The position numbers were made by a program, and so were the translations under genes. A stretch of DNA of 63,497 nucleotides, filler included, from Octopus bimaculoides (taxonomy: Eukaryota), in assembly GCF_001194135.2 (NCBI RefSeq). It is 9 parts of 6 records of this genome, joined end to end, with 100 filler letters (N's around TTAATTAATTAA, not from the genome) between each part and the next. Parts side by side here need not be neighbours in the genome. Positions count along the whole stretch, not along the records: positions 18,696 to 44,094 come from NC_068987.1; 8 more parts are not named here. The stretch is one strand, 5' to 3'. The notes under the pieces are model-generated. The model was not told the DNA's origin, did no database searches, and was given only the letters and a program-made list of their open reading frames with translations. How positions within the stretch are numbered: the stretch's first letter is position 1; each line of letters opens with the position of its first letter. Shown piece by piece: positions 23,556 through 36,705 of the stretch.

Positions 23556-26045
23556 TGGGCATTTGTAGTTTGACAAGCAAATATATAACGTGGGCAACAT
23601 TAAGTGATTAAGTCATAGCATTCTAAGTATTAGCATTATTAGCATATCAGCACTCGAGGAATCCAGATGCACGCCTCTTATTTACGAGATAAATGTGGTG
23701 ATAGATTAGAAATTTCCTTTTAAATTTAGGAACAATGATTTCATAGCGGTAAATATATAAACATATGCAAATTCTGCATGAGTTAAAAAATGGCGGCAAG
23801 TGGAATCTTGTAAATAAAATTATAAGCCTTCATCATATATTAACTATAAAAAGTAGCCTAATATAAGACCATGTAACGGAAGAATAGGGACATTAGTACG
23901 CACACAAATACCCATTTTGTCCGTTATGGAGGCTTATATACCTTAATATTACATTCTTTTCTACCGTCGATATACAATGAATGATTATAATTCTATTTAC
24001 ACTGATTTCTCTATTTCAAGATTATTATACATTTATAAAACTAACATCCCAATTAATATCAACATGTTTATTCTATTTGATACCGCAAGCGGTGAAACAT
24101 ATTATCCTTGTTTACAAGTTTCAAAATAGTTGTTCCCACCTTCACTATATCTTTTATAACGAGATCGCAAGTACATCAATGTAACATCGACCATCTCGCA
24201 TTATTTTCTACAGTTTCCTACTATATTTATTAATTGGTAAAAATATGGTGCTTGTTTTAACACTCATGCATTCACACACACACATGGACACACACACATG
24301 CACACACACACGCAAACACACACACACACACACACGTGCGTGCTTCGTGCGTGCGTCAGCGTATGTGCATGAGTGCGTGCGTGAGAAACTGAGAGTGTGT
24401 AATATCCTCTTGAAAATTACTGCAGTATTATACTGACCATTTTAGATTTTTAACCATTAAACGCTGGACATGTTTCAAATTTTCGACATGGATACGGTCA
24501 TCCATCAAAAATAAGTGAATATTTTACGGTGCTTTTAGATTATGAGATTATAAATGCTATCGTGTGAAGCATTAACAATTATAATAGTCTTTGTCCTTAT
24601 TTAAAGTGAAAATAATTATAAAGATTAGATTTAAGAAAAAGATATTATTTCCTCCGTTTTGCTCGTTTGACACACACATTTACGAAACACTTTCTTGATG
24701 TTTAAGGGTTAGTCAGAAAAAAGAAAGAAAAAGAAAAGAAACATGTAGTGCATGACAACGTTGCTGTAAGACGCGAAAATTCGTTCACAGCTTTCATCCA
24801 TAGTCAGCATTTTCCAAAGCTCTTACGGTCCGTGTCATCTAAAACATAACGGAAGATAAAATCGTCCAACTCTGCTCGGTTTTGGAAATGCTAGCTAGTT
24901 TCATTTTATAGTTCTATTATCACTTAGTCTGTTGACGAATGCGAGGAAAAGAAAAAGAAAAAAAGAATTCGTTCTTATTCGGAGTTATTTCCCACCTAGA
25001 GTATAGCCTTGCTATTACATTTAGAATTCATGCTTCGTTCGTTCGTTTCATGCCCAACCAGATTAAAGACAGTTTTCTTTTTAAACATGTTTGTTATCCT
25101 CCCATTTAACTTCAATTTGTTCTAGGATATAAAACATTTCAACAAATTATGAGAGCAAATTATATTTCTTTTTTAAGCAACCAAGCAGAAACCTAACAAC
25201 ATAACAGATTTCTTAACACGTTTAATCGAATATATTTATCCAAAGTATCTAGAAAATACCGATTGATTTTTCGAAATTAAAATCATCGTGAATGACGTCT
25301 AAATAAATCATGTGAAGACCAAAGTTTATGTGAATTAATAATTTCATTGTCAAGAGCTCTTTCAGATTCCGAACTTCTAATGAGCCTGAAGAAAAGTGCA
25401 TCGAATTTGTTACCGAAAGTGTAGCGAACACCAGCCCTACTTCAAAAATTGCACACACAACTGTTCCTACAACCTTTCTAAATAATAACACAGTACAAAT
25501 GCTTTGATATCGAGATATTACATATATATTTGCATTTTAATATTCCTAAGATGTAAATTTATATTTTCAATAAAATTATGTGACATATATTTCGCAAAAT
25601 GTAAACACAATACGGAATTCATTAATGAAAGCCCATTTTATTTTGAAGAATTATTCCTTAGATATTTCATATTTTAAATTTGTTTTATCTTTCCATTGTC
25701 TATGCTTTGACAACATATACAATCAATTATTCATTAATACATGAGAGAGAAGTTTTGTATAACTTAAGTATTATCTGTCTCTCAGATATAACATTGTTGC
25801 GTTATGACGTAAATAGTCCCACACGAATTCGTCATTTCTGGTATTACTACAAAAATAATATATAAAATCACTTCAAATTCATATGTTGCATAATCTACGA
25901 TGAACAATTTATCTATATATATAAGTATGTTCGTTAAATTGTACCCCACAATCAGCCTGCACTTTTGCTTCTGTATCTCTCAATGTATTTTGCTATGCTG
26001 TGTGTGTCTGTATAATATATCTATATCTATCTATCTGAGTCTATC

Positions 26046-26460
26046 GTGAATATTGTCGCGCCTCCTTCCTTTAAACGGGAAGGAAGAGCTATTTTCATCG
26101 TACTTGTGGCTATGGCGAAAGAATGTGTATGGTGGACGCGTCTGAAAGGTCTAGAGACAAAGACTTTCCTCTCTGGGCAATCTCTCATCAACTTCTTCAA
26201 GTATCACCTGAAGAGGAAGTTGAGAGTAGAAAGGGAAGTCTTGTCTAGTGAATCCTTCAAAAAAAGATGGGTGAATGTAGCAAGGATGGCACGTGTGAAC
26301 GACGGAACCATCTTGAGCATAACCCTATGAACAAGAAAAAAAACAAAAAAACAAAAAGGCAAAAGAGAGTCACTTACTGTTATAGTTTCTTCAATGAGAA
26401 TATTGACCAAGGTTACCGTGGTCTTTTCCGTGGGCTTTTCCTTCCACGGCTAAACCTAAA
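26046..26460 (+). mobile_element. 5'-truncated L1/Tx1-like LINE 3' end
   Basis: 94-aa uninterrupted C-terminus (AMAKECVWWTRLKG..FFKYHLKRKLRVERE..FKKRW), stop, then an A-rich stretch. Clade assignment is by resemblance. Confidence 0.6.
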
Positions 26461-27156
26461 NNNNNNNNNNNNNNNNNNNNNNNNNNNNNNNNNNNNNNNN
26501 NNNNNNNNNNNNNNNNNNNNNNNNNNNNNNNNNNNNNNNNNNNNNNNNNNNNNNNNNNNNNNNNNNNNNNNNNNNNNNNNNNNNNNNNNNNNNNNNNNNN
26601 NNNNNNNNNNNNNNNNNNNNNNNNNNNNNNNNNNNNNNNNNNNNNNNNNNNNNNNNNNNNNNNNNNNNNNNNNNNNNNNNNNNNNNNNNNNNNNNNNNNN
26701 NNNNNNNNNNNNNNNNNNNNNNNNNNNNNNNNNNNNNNNNNNNNNNNNNNNNNNNNNNNNNNNNNNNNNNNNNNNNNNNNNNNNNNNNNNNNNNNNNNNN
26801 NNNNNNNNNNNNNNNNNNNNNNNNNNNNNNNNNNNNNNNNNNNNNNNNNNNNNNNNNNNNNNNNNNNNNNNNNNNNNNNNNNNNNNNNNNNNNNNNNNNN
26901 NNNNNNNNNNNNNNNNNNNNNNNNNNNNNNNNNNNNNNNNNNNNNNNNNNNNNNNNNNNNNNNNNNNNNNNNNNNNNNNNNNNNNNNNNNNNNNNNNNNN
27001 NNNNNNNNNNNNNNNNNNNNNNNNNNNNNNNNNNNNNNNNNNNNNNNNNNNNNNNNNNNNNNNNNNNNNNNNNNNNNNNNNNNNNNNNNNNNNNNNNNNN
27101 NNNNNNNNNNNNNNNNNNNNNNNNNNNTATATCTATATGAAAATGGGTATATCTAT

Positions 27157-27892
27157 AAGAAAATGTAGAAGATAATTAATTGACAAACATCAGCTAGATT
27201 CATTTATTAATTAATTGCAATCTTATGAATATAATAAATAAATAGGAATAAATGAGTGAATATAACTCTACTCTTACAGCGGTTTCTACTTTGTGTGTTC
27301 AGCATGCCAAAGTCGACACATCATACCAAGATTATACAAAACTTATACAAAACTTAAACCACAATTGGACAAAAATTGGACAAAAATTGGACAAAAATTG
27401 AACAAAAATTGGACAAAAATTGAACAAAAATTGGACAAAAATTGAACAAAAATTGGACAAAAATTGAACAAAAATTGATCCCCAAATCTTCATCAGAGAG
27501 AAATAACATGTGATCTCACAACCTCTGGATATTATCTTGGAATTTACTTTTTAATATTCTGTAGTATTTTTATTATTCTATTTTACTTTTTTACTTGTTT
27601 AATTCTTGCCATTATGAACTCTCTAATGAAGCTTTGGGGTTCAATTTTTTCCCAATTTCTGTCAAATTTTTGTTCAATTATTGTACAATCTTTGTATAAT
27701 TTTGGTATGATGTGTCAACGTTGGCGTGCTAGACTTCTAAAGTAGAAACAACTGTAAGAGTAGAGTTCTATTCACCCATTTATTCTTATTTATTTGTTTA
27801 TTTATTCATATTCATATGATTGTAATTAATTAATAAGTAGATCTAGTTGATCTTTAAAAGGTGATGTTTGTCAATTAATTATCTTCATTTTC
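27157..27892. mobile_element. MITE/fold-back element with ~240-bp terminal inverted repeats
   Basis: Left agaaaatg..gataattaattgacaaacatc..ctctactcttacag..gacacatcataccaa is mirrored at ~27640-27892. Confidence 0.8.
27362..27478 (+). repeat. 11-bp minisatellite (aaaaattggac/aaaaattgaac), about 10-11 units
   Basis: Seen directly, inside the MITE; the later units alternate G/A. Confidence 0.9.
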
Positions 27893-28145
27893 TTCCTTAC
27901 CTTATAAATTTCGGTTAAACTTTTGTTTACCTCCACCCATACCTATTATTCAAATGTACTATTGCCTTGCAACAGTAAGTATTTGGATATATGTAGGTAT
28001 ACATCCAGTAGTATATTGGATATTTGTTATTCCTTCGATTTTTGTGTGACCACTAACTAATATGTACATATTTATATATACACACTTGAATTTATATCTC
28101 TACGTTAATGAATGTGTGTGTGTATATATATACTAATTCTAATAT

Positions 28146-28247
<102 letters not shown>

Positions 28248-28319
28248 TAATAATAATCATAATAATAATAAATGAAAATACATTAAATATTTAAAGAAGT
28301 GCATGTAGGACAGACACAG

Positions 28320-29375
28320 CAGGACCTTAAGTCTTCATCAGTTATCAACCGAAGTAGTAATACTAAGTTTCATGCCTTTAATTAATGATAAAACTGAGAA
28401 CTTCGCATATCGGTGGCATCCAGCAAAGTTTGCGGAGAATTAGGCTTTGACCAAAAAAAGAAACAAAAAAAAACGATACAGACTGGACGTACGAAAGTAA
28501 ACAAATGTAATGTAAAAGTATTGACGAAGACCGAATAAATACGGTCTTTCAGTCAAACAGACGACCTTGATGGGTAACGCCTGGAAGGAATCCTGAATAG
28601 ATATAGAAAGAGAAATAGCAAGAGAGGAGATAAATATCCGCCAGCAGGTTAAGCGTGCGGTGCGTAAAGGCAGAGGAAGTGGGAAAATTGGTCATGGGCC
28701 ACGTGTGGGCATTATATAGAAGGAAAGCAGGACAAGAGAGGGGGAGAGCACGGCAGAAAAATAGAACGAAGGAAGGAAGGAAAGAAAGAAGGAAAGAAGG
28801 AAAGAAGGAAGGAAGAAATTATGAAATTATAAGTGAGAGGACGAGAGAGAGGAAGACAAGAATTTGAGATGCTAGAAAAAGAAGCAATCGGGCGAGAGAG
28901 AAAGAAACAGGATAGTGTAGGAAAAAGTATATAAAAACTTACCATTAACAAAAGTCAATAAATGAATAATGCAGTAAATAGTGAAAGATGTACACGTAAC
29001 ACAAACACAGAAGAACCCTAATTCTTCATCAGTTATCAACCGAAATGGTAATACTCAGTTTCATGTCTTTAGTTGTAAAACTGAGAACTTTGCAAATTGG
29101 CGGCACCCATCAAAATTTGTGGTGAGTTAGGGTTCGAGCAAACAAAACGATAGAGTGGACGTACGAAAGTAAACAAATATAATTTAAAACGATTGACGAA
29201 GACCGAATAAATACGGTTTTTCGGCCAAACAGACGAGAATGATGGGTACCGCCTGGAATGAGACCTGAATAGATATAGAAAGAGAAATAGCAAGAGGGGA
29301 GATAAATGTCTGAAGTTACGTGTCGGTGCGTAAAGGCAGACAGAAGGGGACATTTAGTCACGAGTCACAAGTAGG
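28320..29375. repeat. Two diverged direct copies of a ~370-bp repeat (28320-28700, 29010-29375)
   Basis: cttcatcagttatcaaccgaa..gacgtacgaaagtaaacaaat..gacgaagaccgaataaatacggt..ctgaatagatatagaaagagaaatagcaagag is present in both; offset ~690 bp. Confidence 0.85.
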
Positions 29376-29389
29376 CAGTAGATAGAGGG

Positions 29390-29503
<114 letters not shown>

Positions 29504-31103
29504 ATGTTTGTGTGTTCGTGTGTGTGTGTGTCTGTGTGTATTGTGAGTAGTATAGTACTGTTGTACCAAAGTTAGTAAAATATTATTTTACTAAAGCTAT
29601 CAAAATGACAAAAGTGTTACCCAAAGTTTCTCGTTACATTTCGTCAGACACCGGTATGTGTTCTGATTATCCTTCTCCCACTCTCGGGTATTTAGATGTG
29701 GTTTGCTTATAGATATTTCTTTTATGTTGATGAGTATAACTCTTCAAACATCACATGGATATACTGAGACAAAACAAATAGTACTCTTTGAGCAGGCATA
29801 CGCGCGGGTAAGAAACAATTAAATTTGACGATTTACTCATGATATCAATTTAACGTTTACATTACTCAAAACTAATTCATCAATAAAGAGACAACTTTCA
29901 TAACTAAATACCAGTCACCTCAAAATACCTTTAGTACAAACACTCCGTAGCAAACTAGTATATGTCATGATTATGCAGAAAAAGACTACTGTGGTGCCAT
30001 GATTCTACCACTAACCGCTTTCTAGCTGCTGTTGGTGATGACAGTAATTCGTGTTGCTGCAGCTACCACGGCGACTCGAAAATAATCGGGAGAAAACAAG
30101 ATACTAGCATCTTGAGATTTTTGCAAGGAAAGCATGTGAATATTTAGAACTAATATCAGGAAAGATTCGTTTAGTCGTACTTATTTCAATTATTTTTACT
30201 TTCATTTCAGCATGATTAAACACATTTAAAGACTCGAAACCGGTAGCATATTTTCATAGGATGTAAATATTATCTTTCCTTGAACCATGACTTTCTTCTC
30301 AAAGCAATTTTTGCTCGTTTCTTAATATATAATTATATGTTTACTCGTGCGAAAATTGATCCATAACATGCACCCACGCACACACAAGCACGAACGTACG
30401 CACATACACACATGCACACACATATATGCGAGGGAGCGGACAAATGATAGAAAGTAACATTCAGTACTAGATTTCCGTTCGAGAAATGTTCGTTCTACGA
30501 GCCTTACAAAACTGTAAGTCGCATGCATTNNNNNNNNNNNNNNNNNNNNNNNNNNNNNNNNNNNNNNNNNNNNNNNNNNNNNNNNNNNNNNNNNNNNNNN
30601 NNNNNNNNNNNNNNNNNNNNNNNNNNNNNNNNNNNNNNNNNNNNNNNNNNNNNNNNNNNNNNNNNNNNNNNNNNNNNNNNNNNNNNNNNNNNNNNNNNNN
30701 NNNNNNNNNNNNNNNNNNNNNNNNNNNNNNNNNNNNNNNNNNNNNNNNNNNNNNNNNNNNNNNNNNNNNNNNNNNNNNNNNNNNNNNNNNNNNNNNNNNN
30801 NNNNNNNNNNNNNNNNNNNNNNNNNNNNNNNNNNNNNNNNNNNNNNNNNNNNNNNNNNNNNNNNNNNNNNNNNNNNNNNNNNNNNNNNNNNNNNNNNNNN
30901 NNNNNNNNNNNNNNNNNNNNNNNNNNNNNNNNNNNNNNNNNNNNNNNNNNNNNNNNNNNNNNNNNNNNNNNNNNNNNNNNNNNNNNNNNNNNNNNNNNNN
31001 NNNNNNNNNNNNNNNNNNNNNNNNNNNNNNNNNNNNNNNNNNNNNNNNNNNNNNNNNNNNNNNNNNNNNNNNNNNNNNNNNNNNNNNNNNNNNNNNNNNN
31101 NNN

Positions 31104-31135
<32 letters not shown>

Positions 31136-32072
31136 TACTACCACTAATAATAATAGTAATAATAATAATTTCTCATGCTGCTCTGTTTTCCCTTCATCCA
31201 TTTATTTCTACTGTCTGTTGTCTCCCTCTTCACCCTCAATTTAATTTTTATATGTGACCTTGAAGCAGCATAGCTTCACTTAAATAATACAACCATATTC
31301 ACTCTTAAACACGCACACACACACATACTCGCTCACACACAATCATATATATAAATATAGACGTATATGTCATAAGTATCGATTCGTATGTACGTAGCGT
31401 TGAAGAACAAGAAAAAGAAACACTGGATGCTGAAGAAGAGCGTAAAAGTTTATTGTAGCATTGAGACAATTTTCCTCTTCTTACGCTGAAATACGTGTTT
31501 GCTCTGGTAACTACTTTAGATTATGTTATGTGACATTTGGTATTAATAATACATAATGTTTATGAGTGATCTGTGGCCAGACAGTGGAAAATAATAAAAT
31601 ATGAATTATATAAGAATATGTAAATTGAAAAGGGAACAAGCTATCGAATTATGTATGTACATACGTACGCGCATGTATACATATATATATATACATACAT
31701 ACACACTCACACACACGAAAAATATACATATGTATATAAGATTGTGTCATAGTCAGCTGTGCTAGTGTACATCTTGAATGGTGTAGTCAGGAAAACATTT
31801 TCTTATATAGATGTAAGTAATGCAACACCGTTTGTCTATCGGTGACAATGAGACACACAATTACACACCTTAACTTGAAAATACATATGCACACGATGGT
31901 TTTCTACGTTGTTTTTTTCGTGTAACAATTTCACTCACATGTTATATCACTCCATAGTTTACAAAAGAATTTTAAGCATGATGCAACGTGGAGAACTCCA
32001 AAGGAAACGTTGCAATATAAATACACTTCGATATGAAGACATTCAGTTCGATATTTATGATATACATATATA

Positions 32073-32149
<77 letters not shown>

Positions 32150-32414
32150 GTTTTGTATATGAATGTGATGAGATGACAAAGGAATCGAAGATTATCTCAT
32201 GAACTTCATTAGCATATTAACTGTTTTTGATATGAAATTATAGCTGACTCTGTTACCATAGACGAGGGCATTCTACAATTTCTCGTTGAAGGGTCTGCAG
32301 AAGTAATGCGTTTATGATGACCAAATGTTTCTGCTCCCTGGAGGAATCAAAAGTACATTCTCACGATCATGTGTGCAACATCACTACTTCTAGCGCCTTC
32401 ACACTATCTCACTT

Positions 32415-32469
<55 letters not shown>

Positions 32470-32524
32470 CTCTCTCTCTCTCTCTCTGTCTCTCTTTCTC
32501 TGTCTGGCTGTCTGTCTGTCTGTA

Positions 32525-32568
<44 letters not shown>

Positions 32569-32825
32569 TCTCTCTCTCTTTCTCTCTCCCTCACGGACAC
32601 ACACACGTACGCATCTATATTCGATTGGAAGTGAATTGCGTAGTAGGACAATTTAATCTTAAACTGAGAATGTATACAATAGACTTTTAGCTTGTCCATA
32701 GTTATTATTTTTAAGAAGTTAAGGTTAACTATGAAACCGAGCTTTTAACTTACAAGACGACACCCTGACACCGGTAGTTATGCTGAAATTTGTAACTTAC
32801 TCTGAGCAGTTTCCCACATAAAAAG

Positions 32826-32865
<40 letters not shown>

Positions 32866-33099
32866 ATTGATGAAGGAAACGGAAGATGGATTTAGCACGA
32901 ATCTTTATTTAGCACTAGGATCGTTTTCAGCCATCCTGCATCTGTCCCATGGAAGTACGATATTGTGTATGCTGCATCAATCACTGCATGTTGTGTCATT
33001 TCAGGTGTCTGGTGTAAAAACAAGTTATCCCATTAGGTATACTGAGTTCTCCTTGACATGCTGTACTCGCTAACTTTACACTGGTAAACAAATAAATTA

Positions 33100-33136
<37 letters not shown>

Positions 33137-33900
33137 TAGATTTAATCAAAAGATTAAATGTGGTACTTAAAATGTTAGAGGCACCACAATTTGGTAGGGT
33201 AAAACCAAAAACAAAATCAAGAGATTTGGTGAATAAAATTTGAAGGTAAGCAACAAAAATTCAATAGGTTATAGCAGTACGTACGTTTCGTACAAGCTCC
33301 ATTTATTCATGTAGTGAGAACACAACATAGAATTTACAATGAAAATGTACTCCTCAGCTGCATAATGGAAGTTCATTATGCAGCTGAGGAGTACATTTTC
33401 ATTGTAAATTCTATGTTGTGTTCTCACTACATGAATAAATGGAGCTTGTACGAAACGTACGTACTGCTATAACCTATTGAATTTTTGTTGCTTACCTTCA
33501 AATTTTATTCACCNNNNNNNNNNGGTGAATAAAATTTGAAGGTAAGCAACAAAAATTCAATAGGTTATAGCAGTACGTACGTTTCGTACAAGCTCCATTT
33601 ATTCATGTAGTGAGAACACAACATAGAATTTACAATGAAAATGTACTCCTCAGCTGCATAATGGAAGTTCATTATGCAGCTGAGGAGTACATTTTCATTG
33701 TAAATTCTATGTTGTGTTCTCACTACATGAATAAATGGAGCTTGTACGAAACGTACGTACTGCTATAACCTATTGAATTTTTGTTGCTTACCTTCAAATT
33801 TTATTCACCAAATCTCTTGATTTTGTTTTTGGTTTTACCCTACCAAATTGTGGTGCCTCTAACATTTTAAGTACCACATTTAATCTTTTGATTAAATCTA

Positions 33901-33937
<37 letters not shown>
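33100..33937. repeat. Perfect palindrome (268-bp arms, 6-nt spacer gaagtt), centre assembled twice across a 10-N gap
   Basis: 33100-33367 is mirrored by 33374 onward. 33228-33513 equals 33524-33809. The terminal (AAT)8 length is the same on both ends. Confidence 0.9.
33377..33471 (+). ncRNA. Minimal type I hammerhead ribozyme (mirror copy on minus strand at 33270-33364)
   Basis: GCAG-CUGAGGA-GUAC[53 nt]GUAC-GAAAC-GUAC-GUA-CUGC. Canonical core, self-complementary stem III loop GUAC. Confidence 0.8.
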
Positions 33938-33939
<2 letters not shown>

Positions 33940-33942
33940 ATA

Positions 33943-34833
33943 CGAAGTGGTATCAAAATTCCATGGACTAGTTCTGTAGGGAACCAACAGACAACAGTAC
34001 ACGGTTGCGTGCGCAATGAGAGCTAGTAGTGACCTTCCTTAGTCAGTGTGCCGAGTAATAGGACTGTGCTTCCGTCGCAAGTTGTGAAATTTGTGTTTTG
34101 TGTTAACGGAAACTGTAATCTGCATTTTGTCATGGACAAAAACAAAGAGCCAACAATAAATTTTACATTAAACTTGGGAAGTCAGCTAGAGAGAAATTAT
34201 GCATGCTTCCGCAAGTTTACGCGACGAATAAATAGGTCGTAATCAGTGTTTCGAGTGGCACGGGCGCTAGTAAAGCGGAAGAATGTCACTAGAAGATGAT
34301 GAGCAATCTGGAAGATCTGCCACGAGCGTCACTCCCGGAAATATAGTAGTGTGCATCGGGAATTTCCCCCCCCCCCCAGCGCTAATCCATCAATTCCAGT
34401 AGACCAGTGTGCTACTGCGATATTTTGAAGCGACGAAGGAAGGACATTCGGCGAAAGTGACAGGACCTGTTACACGCAAAGAATTGGAATCTTCATGGAG
34501 CTCTCCTCACTCTTGAGTTTCATGCCATTAAGAACATGGTGTCTCTTCTGCACTCACCCTATTCGCCAGATTTATCACCTGCAGATTTCCATCTCTCCCC
34601 AAGATGAAAATGCAGCTCAAATGTCACCGTTTTAAGACCGTTCACAAGATCCAGATAGAATCGCAGAAGGTCCTCGAATTGCTTACTAAAGACAGGATCA
34701 CAAAGGTGACAGAACGGCTGAGATTGGTATATTACAGCGCAAGGCGATTATTTAGATGGAGATTATGTTGAATTTAGGTAAATAAGTTATCGTTATTAAA
34801 CATAACTAGTCCAGGAAACTTTTGAGACCACCT

Positions 34834-34835
<2 letters not shown>
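33943..34835 (+). mobile_element. Internally deleted mariner with both TIRs and TA TSD
   Basis: TA+cgaagtggtatcaaaattccatggactagt ... actagtccaggaaacttttgagaccacctgg+TA. MDKNKE..SLEDDEQSGRSATS and HSPYSPDLSPADFH (YSPDL motif). Confidence 0.9.
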
Positions 34836-34872
<37 letters not shown>

Positions 34873-35630
34873 NNNNNNNNNNNNNNNNNNNNNNNNNNNN
34901 NNNNNNNNNNNNNNNNNNNNNNNNNNNNNNNNNNNNNNNNNNNNNNNNNNNNNNNNNNNNNNNNNNNNNNNNNNNNNNNNNNNNNNNNNNNNNNNNNNNN
35001 NNNNNNNNNNNNNNNNNNNNNNNNNNNNNNNNNNNNNNNNNNNNNNNNNNNNNNNNNNNNNNNNNNNNNNNNNNNNNNNNNNNNNNNNNNNNNNNNNNNN
35101 NNNNNNNNNNNNNNNNNNNNNNNNNNNNNNNNNNNNNNNNNNNNNNNNNNNNNNNNNNNNNNNNNNNNNNNNNNNNNNNNNNNNNNNNNNNNNNNNNNNN
35201 NNNNNNNNNNNNNNNNNNNNNNNNNNNNNNNNNNNNNNNNNNNNNNNNNNNNNNNNNNNNNNNNNNNNNNNNNNNNNNNNNNNNNNNNNNNNNNNNNNNN
35301 NNNNNNNNNNNNNNNNNNNNNNNNNNNNNNNNNNNNNNNNNNNNNNNNNNNNNNNNNNNNNNNNNNNNNNNNNNNNNNNNNNNNNNNNNNNNNNNNNNNN
35401 NNNNNNNNNNNNNNNNNNNNNNNNNNNNNNNNNNNNNNNNNNNNNNNNNNNNNNNNNNNNNNNNNNNNNNNNNNNNNNNNNNNNNNNNNNNNNNNNNNNN
35501 NNNNNNNNNNNNNNNNNNNNNNNNNNNNNNNNNNNNNNNNNNNNNNNNNNNNNNNNNNNNNNNNNNNNNNNNNNNNNNNNNNNNNNNNNNNNNNNNNNNN
35601 NNNNNNNNNNNNNNNNNNNNNNNNNNNNNN

Positions 35631-35663
<33 letters not shown>

Positions 35664-35769
35664 GTCTATATGTATATCTTTATTTTTGTATACTATTATT
35701 TTCATATACACTCTAAAGATTAGTCTGTTGAAAAAAGAAAAGATTCCTAATATCGAGCTACAATAGATT

Positions 35770-36200
35770 GCCTTAGATGCAAAGTACACTTCTCTTGGGT
35801 TACAGCAAGTAACCTTAGGTCCCAAAAACATTCGTAAGTATCCTAGCTATCCCTGATAACACTGTTTTCTGCAGCTGTATTAAACTACCCATCTGTTCAG
35901 ATCTTTAGGGATAGATCATAATGCACCTATAACAACTGGGATGAGTTTTACCCGCACTTTCCATAGTAATTCAATAGCTAGATCCTGGTACTTTGCTATT
36001 TTTCTATACTTTTCAAATTAATCGTTTAACCATTTGCAACTGTAAAGTAAATTATCTGGCATTTTCTATTCTCTTTATCTCCAACTACCAAATCATGCCG
36101 TCTACTATTTATTACTCTATAAGTCTGAATGTTAAAGCCCCACATCATCTTGTACTTATTACTTTCTAGTACGTTACTAGAATCACGTTCATATCATTTA
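35770..36200 (-). mobile_element. 3' end of an RLE-type (R4/Dong-like) LINE
   Basis: MWGFNIQT..INSRRHDLVVGDKENRKCQII..EKIAKYQDLAIE..KLIPVVIGAL..IQLQKTVLSGIARILTNVFGT* resembles a restriction-like endonuclease C-terminus. Confidence 0.8.
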
Positions 36201-36432
36201 TCACTATGTTCAAATCCTAGCATCGTACATAGCTCCAGTGGATTGACATGTCCCCCGTTCCCTTTTGGTTTTGTTTTTCGCTCGGGCAGTGACATTAGTA
36301 GAAGGGTCTTCCTGTTCTGATTTAACTTTTTGGTAGAGCACTGTCTCTGGTTGTATGCGATTTTTGTTTTCGTATCATGAGCGCCCCAAGCACATCAATA
36401 AAAAAATAATAATAGTTATTATTACTGAGAGA

Positions 36433-36508
<76 letters not shown>

Positions 36509-36626
36509 GAAATATAAAGAGATAGATAGAAGGGGGGGGGCAGTGCATATACTATCAAAGTGACACTGAGTTAAAATATACGAAGCCCAGGGCATGCTAC
36601 TGNNNNNNNNNNNNNNNNNNNNNNNN

Positions 36627-36705
<79 letters not shown>

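Noticed and set aside
25360-25510. Protein-like plus frame FRTSNEPEEKCIEFVTESVANTSPTSK..
   Set aside because: About 60 codons, open on both strands, no motif; unsupported.
27362-27478. Short regular repeats as a possible CRISPR array (also 56316-56406)
   Set aside because: Head-to-tail units without unique spacers, in eukaryotic context.
33514-33809. Apparent second hairpin, giving four hammerheads in tandem
   Set aside because: 33524-33809 duplicates 33228-33513 across a 10-N gap. Most likely one palindrome assembled twice, so only two ribozyme copies are counted.
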